64,000 nucleotides of DNA from Eubacteriales bacterium (GTDB taxonomy: Bacteria; Bacillota; Clostridia; Oscillospirales; CAG-272): contig JAZNFP010000045.1 in assembly GCA_045576095.1 (NCBI GenBank), positions 10,391 through 74,390 on the forward strand. Reading direction: 5' to 3'. Positions 46,109-54,460 of this stretch are shown piece by piece; the stretch's first letter is position 1, and the number at the start of each line of letters is the position of its first letter. The notes under the pieces were generated by a model. That model had not been told where the DNA came from and made no database searches. It saw only the letters and a program-made list of their open reading frames with translations. The translations under genes were made by a program, and so were the position numbers.

Positions 46109-47440
46109 TCACGGGCGCTTCCTTTTCCGTGCAAGAGCGTAAAAGAAGCCGTCACAGCCGTGTCTGTGGGGATAAAGCGTCAGGCATCCCGTCGGTGCTG
46201 AGAGATCGGCAATCTCGAAGGGACAAGCCTCAAAATCGGGGTTTTGAGAGAGAAACTGTGCAAAAACCCCCTCGTTTTCGGCAGGATTCAGGGTGCAGGT
46301 CGAATATAGAAGTCGGCCGTCCTCCTTGAGGTAGGCGGCGCTTGCCGTCAAAATTTCCAGCTGAAGCGAGGGAAGCTCCCCCCGTCCCTCAAAGCGATAA
46401 CGGAGATCGGGCTTCTTCGCAAGCACCCCGAGTCCCGAGCAAGGGACGTCGCAATGCACGGCATCAGCCCTTCCAAAAAGCAACGGATCGGGCTCGCGAG
46501 CGTCTCGTTCACCGATCGCAACAGAGGAAAGCCCCAATCGCTCGGCGCCGTCGGTAATGAGCGGAAGCTTACTCTCGTGCAGATCGAACGCATAGATCTT
46601 CCCCGCATCTCCCATACGGATGGCGGCGGAAAAGCTCTTTCCGCCGGGGCAGGCACAGGGATCGACGAGAAGCTCCCCCGGCTTGAGAGAGAGAATCGCT
46701 GAGCCAAGCTGTGACGCCTCGTCCTGCACGAAAAACAGTCCCTCGTCAAAGCCGGGCAAAAGCGTCACGGCAGCGGCGTCCAGCACGCGGATACCAAGCG
46801 ACGAGCGCAGCGTTTTCTCGGCGCGGACAAACTTTTCGCGAAAGAGGGCAAGAAGCTCGTCCCGAGAAATCCTTTGCGTATTGACGGCAAGCGTCAGAGG
46901 CGCCGTTTCGTTACAGACGGCAAGAAGTCGCTCGGTCTCGGCTTCGCCGAGCAGAGACAGGAAGTGCCGAACAAGCTCGGTCGGATAGGAATAGGCGATC
47001 GAAAGATAGCGGGCAAGATTCCTCTCGCGCGGTGGCAAGGGCAGTCGGCGCTCGCCTCGCTCGTCAACGAAAGCGCGAAGTGCACCGCGAAGAACACCGT
47101 TGATAAAGGCGCGCCTTCCCTTCCCCTCGGCAAGCGAAACGGTTTCGGAAACGGCGGCGAAGGGCGGAATTCTGTCCATAAAGAAAAGCTGATAAAATCC
47201 CAAGCGCAGGATATTGCGTGAGACTCCGTCAATCTGCGAGCGTCTTGCCGCAACCGAGATCAGATAGTCGAGCGTGATCTTCCGCTCGACGGTTCCGTAA
47301 AGCAAACCCGTCAGAAATCCGCGCTCCTCGCGCGAAAGTCCTCTCGTCATCGGGGAATTCATCGAAAGATTCAGATAGGTCTCGTCCCTTTCCCAGCTCT
47401 CAAGCAGACGAAGGGCAACGAGGCGCAGATTCACGCCCAT
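46109..47440 (-). CDS. rsmB: 16S rRNA (cytosine967-C5)-methyltransferase RsmB
   Basis: NusB-like N-domain plus a methyltransferase domain (DPCACPGGKS, DVPCSGLGV, YSTCTL). Its ATG overlaps the fmt stop (TGATG). Confidence 0.92.
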   Translation of the reverse strand: MGVNLRLVALRLLESWERDETYLNLSMNSPMTRGLSREERGFLTGLLYGTVERKITLDYLISVAARRSQIDGVSRNILRLGFYQLFFMDRIPPFAAVSETVSLAEGKGRRAFINGVLRGALRAFVDERGERRLPLPPRERNLARYLSIAYSYPTELVRHFLSLLGEAETERLLAVCNETAPLTLAVNTQRISRDELLALFREKFVRAEKTLRSSLGIRVLDAAAVTLLPGFDEGLFFVQDEASQLGSAILSLKPGELLVDPCACPGGKSFSAAIRMGDAGKIYAFDLHESKLPLITDGAERLGLSSVAIGERDAREPDPLLFGRADAVHCDVPCSGLGVLAKKPDLRYRFEGRGELPSLQLEILTASAAYLKEDGRLLYSTCTLNPAENEGVFAQFLSQNPDFEACPFEIADLSAPTGCLTLYPHRHGCDGFFYALARKRKRP

Positions 47441-48381
47441 CAGGACAGCACCTCGCCGACGGCAAGCCGTCTGCCCCGCAGATATGCGGCGGCATCCATC
47501 TTCCCCTTGCCCTCGGGCTGCAGCGACACAATCGAAAGCGCCCCCTCTCCGCAGGCGACGACGATCTCCCCGACCCCCTCGGTTGAGGTGCGAAGAACCG
47601 TTCCGGGAGCGCCCGAGCCGTCGGTGGGATGAGCGGAGACGATCTTCATGCTTTTTTCGTCGGGCGTGATGCAATAGGCGAGCGGAATCGGCGTCAAGGC
47701 GCGAATCTGTCGGTCAAGCGAGAGCATCGAGCGCGAAAAATCGAGCTTGCAGTCGGGGCGCCCGATCTTCTCGGCGTAGGTAGAGAGGGTCCCGTCCTGC
47801 GGAATACGGACGGCCTCGCCGTTCACGACGAGCCTCACCGCCTCGACGAGCAGGCTCGCGCCCATCTCGGCAAGACGGTCGTGCAGTGTTTCGAGCGTAT
47901 CGGTATCCGAGATCGGCGTCGTCTGCTTGAGAATCATATCGCCCGTATCGAGCCCCTCGTCCATATACATAATGGTGACTCCGGTTTCGCTTTCGCCATC
48001 CATGATCGCGCGCTGCATCGGCGCGGCTCCCCGATACTTCGGAAGAAGCGAGGCATGGACGTTCAGACATCCGTATTTCGGATAGGCAATCACGCTCGGC
48101 GGAAGGATCATCCCGAAGGCGACGACAAGAATCAAATCGGGGGCAAGCTCGCGCAGGTAGGCGTCGAACGCCTCGTCACGCAGGGTGCGCGGCTGAAAAA
48201 CCGCAACGCCGTGCCTCTCGGCGCAGAGCTTAACGGGGGGCGGAGTCAGAACGGCGCGTCTGCCCTTCGGCTTATCGGTTCGGGTAACGACCCCGACGAT
48301 ATTCTCCCCTGCCGCCAGCAGTGCCTCAAGACAGGTAACGGCAATATCGGGAGTTCCCATAAACAGGATTCTCGGCTTCAT
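47440..48381 (-). CDS. fmt: Methionyl-tRNA formyltransferase
   Basis: ILFMGTPD, NVHASLLPKYRGAAPMQRAI. Confidence 0.95.
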   Translation of the reverse strand: MKPRILFMGTPDIAVTCLEALLAAGENIVGVVTRTDKPKGRRAVLTPPPVKLCAERHGVAVFQPRTLRDEAFDAYLRELAPDLILVVAFGMILPPSVIAYPKYGCLNVHASLLPKYRGAAPMQRAIMDGESETGVTIMYMDEGLDTGDMILKQTTPISDTDTLETLHDRLAEMGASLLVEAVRLVVNGEAVRIPQDGTLSTYAEKIGRPDCKLDFSRSMLSLDRQIRALTPIPLAYCITPDEKSMKIVSAHPTDGSGAPGTVLRTSTEGVGEIVVACGEGALSIVSLQPEGKGKMDAAAYLRGRRLAVGEVLS

Positions 48382-48382
48382 A

Positions 48383-48838
48383 TCACCCCTGCACCTCTCC
48401 GATCACAGCGTCGGTAAAGAGCTTTCCGTCGAGGTGGTCAAGCTCGTGGCAAAAGGCGCGGGCGAGCAGATCCGAGCCACGGTATTCAACCTCCTCGCCG
48501 TGTCGGTTCAGCGCACGGACGGTCACGTGGCGAGGGCGACGCGTGATGCCCCACTTCCCGGGGATTGAAAGGCACCCCTCCTGCTCCTCCTGCTTTCCCG
48601 AGTAAGCAACGATACGGGGATTGATGAGCTCAATCAGCTCTCCCTCCTCCACCTCGATCACAACGATGCGGCGAAGCACCCCCACCTGCACGGCGGCAAG
48701 ACCGCAGCCGTTGGCACGGTGCATCGTATCCGCCATATCGTCGAGCAGGCGAAGGATACGGGGTGTAATCTCCTCAACGGGGCGACTGATCTTACGGAGA
48801 GTGGGATCCCCCTCCTTGACAATTTGCAAAATGGCCAT
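48383..48838 (-). CDS. def: Peptide deformylase
   Basis: GCGLAAVQVG, EGCLSIPG, HELDHLDG. ATG 48838 is preceded by AAAGGAG. Confidence 0.95.
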   Translation of the reverse strand: MAILQIVKEGDPTLRKISRPVEEITPRILRLLDDMADTMHRANGCGLAAVQVGVLRRIVVIEVEEGELIELINPRIVAYSGKQEEQEGCLSIPGKWGITRRPRHVTVRALNRHGEEVEYRGSDLLARAFCHELDHLDGKLFTDAVIGEVQG

Positions 48839-48869
48839 AAAATCTCCTTTCGAGGGTAGCGTTGTCATT

Positions 48870-51128
48870 TCAAACCGAAAGCGGTCCGATGTCAACCGAG
48901 AGCGTGACGGCACGCTCACCGCCGAACCGAAGCAAAAGGCGGCGCAGCAGCTCACGCAGTCGCGCGCTGTTTCGGCATTTGAGAACCATACGCAGACGGC
49001 ACTTTTCATTGATTTTATAGATCTGCGCCTCAAAGGGTCCGAATACCGTCAGGGGCAGATCCGAAAACTCGCCCGAGGCGAGCGAAAGAAGCAGCTCTCG
49101 AAGCGCCCCTGCAGATTCAAAGAGTCTTGCCTCGTCGGACGAGGTAAGGAGCAGCGTGACGATATCGCAAAAGGGCGGAAAGGTTGCCGATCGGCGCACG
49201 GCAAGCTCGGAACGGTAGAAGGCGGGATAATCCTGGGCGGCGCAAAGCCCGAGAATCTCATTTTCGGGAGAGTAGGTCTGCACGATGGCTCTCCCCCGAC
49301 GCGCGGCACGCCCCGCACGGCCAATCACCTGTGCGAGCAGAGAGAAGGTCCGCTCCGAGGCGCGGAAGTCGTTGACGTAGAGCGAGGAGTCGGCGAGCAG
49401 AACGCCAACCAGCGTCACGTTCGGAAAATCATGTCCCTTCGTGACCATCTGCGTTCCGAGCAGAACGTCCGCTCCGCCGCCTCGGAACTGCTCAAGCATT
49501 CGGTCGTACGACTGCTTTCCCGAGGTAGTATCGGCATCCATGCGCATCACGCGGCATCCGGAAAGCGCCGCCGTCAGCTCAGCCTCTGCCCTTTGGGTTC
49601 CAAATCCGAGGTAGGCGATCTGCCTTGCCCCGCAAGCTGGACAGACACTCGGCGGCTCGGCACGGTAACCGCATGAATGACAGAGGAGATATCCCCCCTC
49701 GCTGCGCGTATGATGGGTAAGCGACACCGAGCAATGCGGACAGCTGACAACCTCTCCGCAGCTCTTGCATTGCAGGGTACTGTGAAAGCCGCGGCGATTC
49801 AGAAACAGAATCGCCTGCTCCCCTCTCGCAACCGTCTCCGAGAGTGCCTCGGAGAGTGCATCGCTGATCGGCGAGGTGTTTCCGCGCCTGAGCTCGGCGC
49901 GCATATCGACAATTTCGACCGATGGCAAAACGGCGCCGCCATAGCGCTCGGTCAGCTCAACGAGAGTATAGGTTCCGTTTTTCGCCTTGGTATAGCTCTC
50001 CAACGACGGAGTCGCCGAGGCAAGCAAAAGCAAACCGTTGCTTTTTCCGACGCGATAGGCGGCAACGTCACGGGCATGATACTTCGGATCGCTCTCGGAC
50101 TTGTAGGTATGCTCATGCTCCTCGTCAATGACGATCAAACCGATATTGGAGAGCGGAGCAAAGACCGCCGAGCGCGTACCGATCACGAGCCTGACCCGTC
50201 CGTCCGCAATGCGGCGCCATGCGTCAAAGCGCTCTCCCGAGGAAAGCGACGAATGGACGACCGCAACCCCCTCGCCGTACCGCGAGCAAAAGAGTCCGAC
50301 GGTCTGGGGCGTCAGGGCAATCTCGGGAACCATCACGATCGCATTTTTGCCCGCGGCAAGCACGTCGTCAAGAATCCGCATCATGACCTTCGTCTTTCCG
50401 CTTCCCGTCACACCGTGCAAAAGCACCGCACGCGGCTTGCTCGCCTCAAGCGCCGTAATCCTCTCGTAGGCCGCATTCTGTGCGCGGCTGAGCGCGATCG
50501 GGGCATCGTCTCTTGAAAGTGCGAGATGCTCGTAGGGGTTTCTGATCTGCTCGCGCTCGTGCACGAGCAGGCACCCCTTTTCCACCAGTGCGCGGAGTGA
50601 TGCGGCGGATACCGACAGCCCCTTTGCGGCAAGCTCCGCCGATGAGAGCGGCGTGGGATCCCGCAGAAAATGCGAAAGAATTGCCCTTTGCTCGGCACTT
50701 CGGATGCGCCCCCGCCCCGTTTCCTCAAGGCGGAACGCAAGGGCCTCGGACGAAAGGGGGCGATAAATCCGCTCGGTGCGGATATTCGGGTGGGCGGACA
50801 GCAACGTCGGCGGAAAGAGGGCGCGCAGCGCCTCTCCAACCGAGGAAAGCGTGTGGTCCGCCAAAAACAGACATAGCCCGAGCATCTCCTCCGAAAGAGA
50901 GGAGCGTTCGGGCAAAAGCTCCGTTACGCTCTTAAGCCCCGGACTCTCCTCGCCCATCTCAAGCGAGACGATCAGACCAAGGACCGAACGATTGCCGCGG
51001 CCGAACGGAACTCTTGCAATTCTGCCGGGGCGCGCCGACTCGGCGAGCGTTTGGGGAAGAAGATAGGTGTAGGAACGGTCCACGTGGTACGGTGCGTCAA
51101 GCATTCTGATTCCGGCGAGCGTTACCAT
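48870..51128 (-). CDS. priA: Primosomal replication-restart helicase PriA
   Basis: LLHGVTGSGKT, DEEH, and the Cys-rich insert CKSCGEVVSCPHCSVSLTHH...CHSCGY...CPACG. ATG 51128 lies 9 nt after GGAGG. Confidence 0.93.
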   Translation of the reverse strand: MVTLAGIRMLDAPYHVDRSYTYLLPQTLAESARPGRIARVPFGRGNRSVLGLIVSLEMGEESPGLKSVTELLPERSSLSEEMLGLCLFLADHTLSSVGEALRALFPPTLLSAHPNIRTERIYRPLSSEALAFRLEETGRGRIRSAEQRAILSHFLRDPTPLSSAELAAKGLSVSAASLRALVEKGCLLVHEREQIRNPYEHLALSRDDAPIALSRAQNAAYERITALEASKPRAVLLHGVTGSGKTKVMMRILDDVLAAGKNAIVMVPEIALTPQTVGLFCSRYGEGVAVVHSSLSSGERFDAWRRIADGRVRLVIGTRSAVFAPLSNIGLIVIDEEHEHTYKSESDPKYHARDVAAYRVGKSNGLLLLASATPSLESYTKAKNGTYTLVELTERYGGAVLPSVEIVDMRAELRRGNTSPISDALSEALSETVARGEQAILFLNRRGFHSTLQCKSCGEVVSCPHCSVSLTHHTRSEGGYLLCHSCGYRAEPPSVCPACGARQIAYLGFGTQRAEAELTAALSGCRVMRMDADTTSGKQSYDRMLEQFRGGGADVLLGTQMVTKGHDFPNVTLVGVLLADSSLYVNDFRASERTFSLLAQVIGRAGRAARRGRAIVQTYSPENEILGLCAAQDYPAFYRSELAVRRSATFPPFCDIVTLLLTSSDEARLFESAGALRELLLSLASGEFSDLPLTVFGPFEAQIYKINEKCRLRMVLKCRNSARLRELLRRLLLRFGGERAVTLSVDIGPLSV

Positions 51129-51190
51129 CGGACCGTCCCTCCTATCCACGTCATTTCACTTCAGGATCACGAGCTCTCAGTTGTGCTCGG

Positions 51191-51496
51191 TTAATCGTCG
51201 TAGGACGCCTCGTCCCCGTATTCGTACGACTCCATCTCATCGGGCTTTTTCATCACGTAACGGCCGTCGTACAGGCGGCGGATTGCAATCTTAACCGCCT
51301 TCTGATCGCGGTACTCGCTGTCAATGAGCGAGGCGAGCGGACGGTCGGTTTCGCGGTTTGCAACCATGCGATCCGCATTCGTACGCTGCTTTACGTACTC
51401 ATCGGTCACAATGCGCGCGCTCTTGGCAACGCCGACGACGAGCTCGTAGCGATTGAATTTCTCCTTGGTAAGCTCTGCAATGGTAGGATAGATCAT
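51191..51496 (-). CDS. rpoZ: RNA polymerase omega subunit-like protein
   Basis: NRYELVVGVAKSARIV matches the omega core. Its position between remA and priA matches Firmicutes synteny. Confidence 0.75.
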   Translation of the reverse strand: MIYPTIAELTKEKFNRYELVVGVAKSARIVTDEYVKQRTNADRMVANRETDRPLASLIDSEYRDQKAVKIAIRRLYDGRYVMKKPDEMESYEYGDEASYDD

Positions 51497-51531
51497 GATA
51501 TTTTCTCCCTTTTTCGGTTTCGTTTCAACAA

Positions 51532-51801
51532 TCAGGCTTCTTCCTCTTCGTCAACCTCGTCGGATGCGTTCTCGCCAAGGCGGTTGGAGATCGTTTCGGA
51601 CTGGATGGCGGAAAGGATCACGTGCTCACTATCGGTTAAAAGCACGGCGCGGGTTCTTCTGCCGCAGGTGACGTCAATGACTCTGCCGCTGTCCTTTGCA
51701 TCCTGTACCAGACGCTTGATAGGGGCGGAATCGGGGCCGGCGATCACGACGATTCTGTCCGCCGCAACCATATTGCCGAAGCCTACGTTAATGAACTTCA
51801 T
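51532..51801 (-). CDS. remA: RemA/DUF370 family regulator
   Basis: [58 protein letters not shown]. Confidence 0.9.
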   Translation of the reverse strand: MKFINVGFGNMVAADRIVVIAGPDSAPIKRLVQDAKDSGRVIDVTCGRRTRAVLLTDSEHVILSAIQSETISNRLGENASDEVDEEEEA

Positions 51802-51827
51802 GTGGCCGCATGCTCCTTCTCTTTCAC

Positions 51828-52715
51828 TTACTCGATGTTCTGAACCTGCTCTCGAATCTTCTCGAGCTCGTTCTTCATTTCAACGACAATGTGTGCAATC
51901 TCGCTGTTGTTCGCCTTGCTGCCGATGGTGTTGGTCTCACGGTTAAGCTCCTGCATGAGGAAGTCCAGCTTCTTTCCGCTCGGGGCTCTCTCGTTTGAAA
52001 TATCGGAAAAGGCGCCGAAATGCGAGCGCAGCCGAACCAGCTCCTCGTCGATTGCGATCCGATCGGCATAAATGGCACACTCGGTCAGTATGCGGTTTTC
52101 ATCAACCGTCACACGGTTGTCGGCAAGCACCGCACGGAGTCGGCTCTCAAGCCTCTCTCGATATCCGCCCGAATCCTCTGCCGACAGCTTCTCAATGCGG
52201 TCGGCACACTCGGCAACGCGAAGGAGCTTTGCCTCAAGATCCGCACGGATGCGGTCGCCCTCGGCGCTTCGCATCGCAAGGTGGCTCTCACCCGCCGCCT
52301 TCAGTGCCGCGGAAAGCTGTTGCCATTCGGCGTCGGTATCCATGTCGGTACGGGCGGTGCGGAACACCGAGGAGTTGGCGGCCACGCGCATAACCGAAAT
52401 ATCGTCGGCAAGTCCGAACTCGTCCCGCAGTCGGTAAAGCGTTTCAAGGTACCCCTTCAGATACCCCTCGTCGAGCTGCGGCGCCGTGCTCTCGCTTGCG
52501 TGCAGATCAAGGCTGACCGAAACGTCGACCTTGCCGCGGGAGATGACCTCGGAGCGAATATAGCTCTTGATCCTCTCCTCGAGCGGCGCAAGAATATGCG
52601 GCATACGAACCGAGCAATCGAAATAGCGGCTGTTGACCGAGCGGATTTCGACGAGCAGGTCCTTATCCCGTCCCTCTGCAACCGCACGGCCGTACGCCGT
52701 CATGCTTTTAATCAT
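51828..52715 (-). CDS. yicC: YicC-family stress-induced protein
   Basis: MTAYGRA...[11 protein letters not shown]..., with the C-terminal [21 protein letters not shown] pattern. ATG 52715 lies just after the nrdR stop. Confidence 0.9.
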   Translation of the reverse strand: MIKSMTAYGRAVAEGRDKDLLVEIRSVNSRYFDCSVRMPHILAPLEERIKSYIRSEVISRGKVDVSVSLDLHASESTAPQLDEGYLKGYLETLYRLRDEFGLADDISVMRVAANSSVFRTARTDMDTDAEWQQLSAALKAAGESHLAMRSAEGDRIRADLEAKLLRVAECADRIEKLSAEDSGGYRERLESRLRAVLADNRVTVDENRILTECAIYADRIAIDEELVRLRSHFGAFSDISNERAPSGKKLDFLMQELNRETNTIGSKANNSEIAHIVVEMKNELEKIREQVQNIE

Positions 52716-52716
52716 T

Positions 52717-53184
52717 TCAGCTCTCCTCGTTCTTTCTCTCGCGGGTTCCGCGCAGGCTGTAAAGCTCGGCAAGGAAGGTTTCGATATCACTGAACTCGCG
52801 GTACACCGAAACGAACCGAACGTACGCAACCTCGTCGATCTCGCGCAACTTCTTCATGGCAAGCTCGCCGATCTGGCGGCTCGGGATTTCGCCGAGCATG
52901 GTATTCACGATCTCCGCCTCAATCTCGGAAACGACCTGCTCAACGTCAACGGGACGCTTTTGACAGGCACGCAAAATACCCGTTGCCAGCTTATGTCGGT
53001 CAAACAGCTCCCGACTGCCGTCCTTCTTCACGACGGTGATCGGTGCGGTCTCAATCATCTCGTAGGTCGTAAAGCGCTTTCCGCAGCCCTCGCATTCACG
53101 GCGGCGGCGGATGCTGTTGCCTTCCTCAACGGGACGGCTGTCAAGCACGCGGCTGTTCAGAGCACCGCAACTCGGACACTTCAT
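52717..53184 (-). CDS. nrdR: Transcriptional repressor NrdR
   Basis: Zinc ribbon MKCPSCG...[17 protein letters not shown] plus an ATP-cone. Confidence 0.95.
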   Translation of the reverse strand: MKCPSCGALNSRVLDSRPVEEGNSIRRRRECEGCGKRFTTYEMIETAPITVVKKDGSRELFDRHKLATGILRACQKRPVDVEQVVSEIEAEIVNTMLGEIPSRQIGELAMKKLREIDEVAYVRFVSVYREFSDIETFLAELYSLRGTRERKNEES

Positions 53185-53227
53185 TCAAAAACTCCTTAAG
53201 GTCTGTAATTATAGATTAACACATTAT

Positions 53228-53256
53228 ATTATAACATAATCTTTCACATTTGTAAA
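53228..53256 (-). promoter_or_regulatory. Promoter of nrdR (extended -10)
   Basis: On the minus strand: TTTACA (53256-53251), 17-bp spacer, TGtTATAAT (-10 at 53233-53228). Confidence 0.55.
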
Positions 53257-53287
53257 GATTTTCGAGATTTTTTATTACATTTCGGGC

Positions 53288-53342
53288 GAAAAGCAGCGTG
53301 CACTCCGTCCTTTTCCCGCGGCGGAGTGCACGCTGCTTTTCT
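53288..53342. terminator. Strong hairpin terminator downstream of the exonuclease gene
   Basis: 18-bp stem: AAAGCAGCGTGCACTCCG (53290-53307) with CGGAGTGCACGCTGCTTT (53322-53339). Confidence 0.85.
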
Positions 53343-53345
53343 CCG

Positions 53346-54341
53346 TTATGAATCGACTCCGACCGTCGGAGTCTCCTTCTCTGCCGATGCGCTCCTCGTC
53401 TTTCCCGAGCGACGGCGGCGGCGACGGCCGCTTCCCTTGTTTTCAACAAGCTTCGTCTCGTGCCGCACGATCGCCTCATCGGTTGCATAATTCAGCGTTC
53501 GCCGTGCGCGCCAGCTTTCGTTGAAGTTCCTTGCAAGACGCAAATCGAGCAGCAGGGTGCCATGCTCGGAGCAGCGCAAGAGCGCGGTATATTTCTGCCC
53601 CTTATGATGTGCAAGGCGACCGTCTCCGCCGAGCGCCTTTCCGCAAAGTGGGCATGCGGGAGAAACGGCGGCGGGATCCGAAAGAAGAGCCGAGGGAGTT
53701 ACATAGCCCTTTTGTCCGACGTCCGCATTCCCGAGAACGTCGCTGAGGAGAGCATCCCCCGACGAAACGCGGTACTCGGCAATCCCTTTAGCAATATCGA
53801 GCTTCTGTGCGACCAGCGCGGTGAAATACGCGTCGTTGAGCGCATCGTGTGCAGGGAGATTCTGCGGAATGCCGAACTGCTCCATCACGAACTCAAGCGA
53901 GCGCTGCTTGGAAAGACCGTCGGTCTGACTGTTATAGATCGGCTGCAGATCGTATACACGGTGAAGCCACTCGCCGTCGATCTTATGCACGCGGAGGTTG
54001 TCCTCAAGCATCGGTACGTCATCCGGCCCCCAGGTCAGGAAGGCGAACTCGTCGCCGCACCATTTGCGAAAGCTCTCCGCCGCCTCGGGAAGCGGCATTC
54101 CGCGGTCAATCATATCCTGCGTAATCCCCGTCAGACGCATCACGTGGCGGTGAATCCGACGGAAAAAGCGCGGACGAACGATCACGCTGTAGCTGCCGCA
54201 GATATTCAATTGTTCATCCAGCTTCACGGCGCCGATCTGGATCACCTCGCCGCGCAGACGGCATTCGAGCCGCTTTTGCACGGCAAGCGCCTGCTCCGCA
54301 TACGCCTGATTCCATTCCAGATCCAAAGAGATATAGTACAT
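53346..54341 (-). CDS. DEDDh 3'-5' exonuclease (ERI-1/KapD-like) with a Cys-rich C-terminal domain and a basic tail
   Basis: Exo motifs YISLDLEWNQ, VIQIGAVKLD, WGPDDVPML, AHDALNDAYFTA. C-terminal CPLCG...RCSEHG and an RRRRRRSGK tail. Confidence 0.85.
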   Translation of the reverse strand: MYYISLDLEWNQAYAEQALAVQKRLECRLRGEVIQIGAVKLDEQLNICGSYSVIVRPRFFRRIHRHVMRLTGITQDMIDRGMPLPEAAESFRKWCGDEFAFLTWGPDDVPMLEDNLRVHKIDGEWLHRVYDLQPIYNSQTDGLSKQRSLEFVMEQFGIPQNLPAHDALNDAYFTALVAQKLDIAKGIAEYRVSSGDALLSDVLGNADVGQKGYVTPSALLSDPAAVSPACPLCGKALGGDGRLAHHKGQKYTALLRCSEHGTLLLDLRLARNFNESWRARRTLNYATDEAIVRHETKLVENKGSGRRRRRRSGKTRSASAEKETPTVGVDS

Positions 54342-54395
54342 ACGTCGATCCTTTTCAAGGTTTCGTCTTCATACGGTCAAAACACATACCTGAAT

Positions 54396-54424
54396 ATTTT
54401 ACCACAAACCAGAAGCGATTGCAA
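54396..54424 (-). promoter_or_regulatory. Candidate promoter of the exonuclease gene
   Basis: On the minus strand: TTGCAA (54424-54419), 17-bp spacer, TGgTAAAAT (-10 at 54401-54396). Confidence 0.5.
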
Positions 54425-54460
54425 TAGAGACGTCGAAAAATCAAAAAAAGAATCGTCAGC

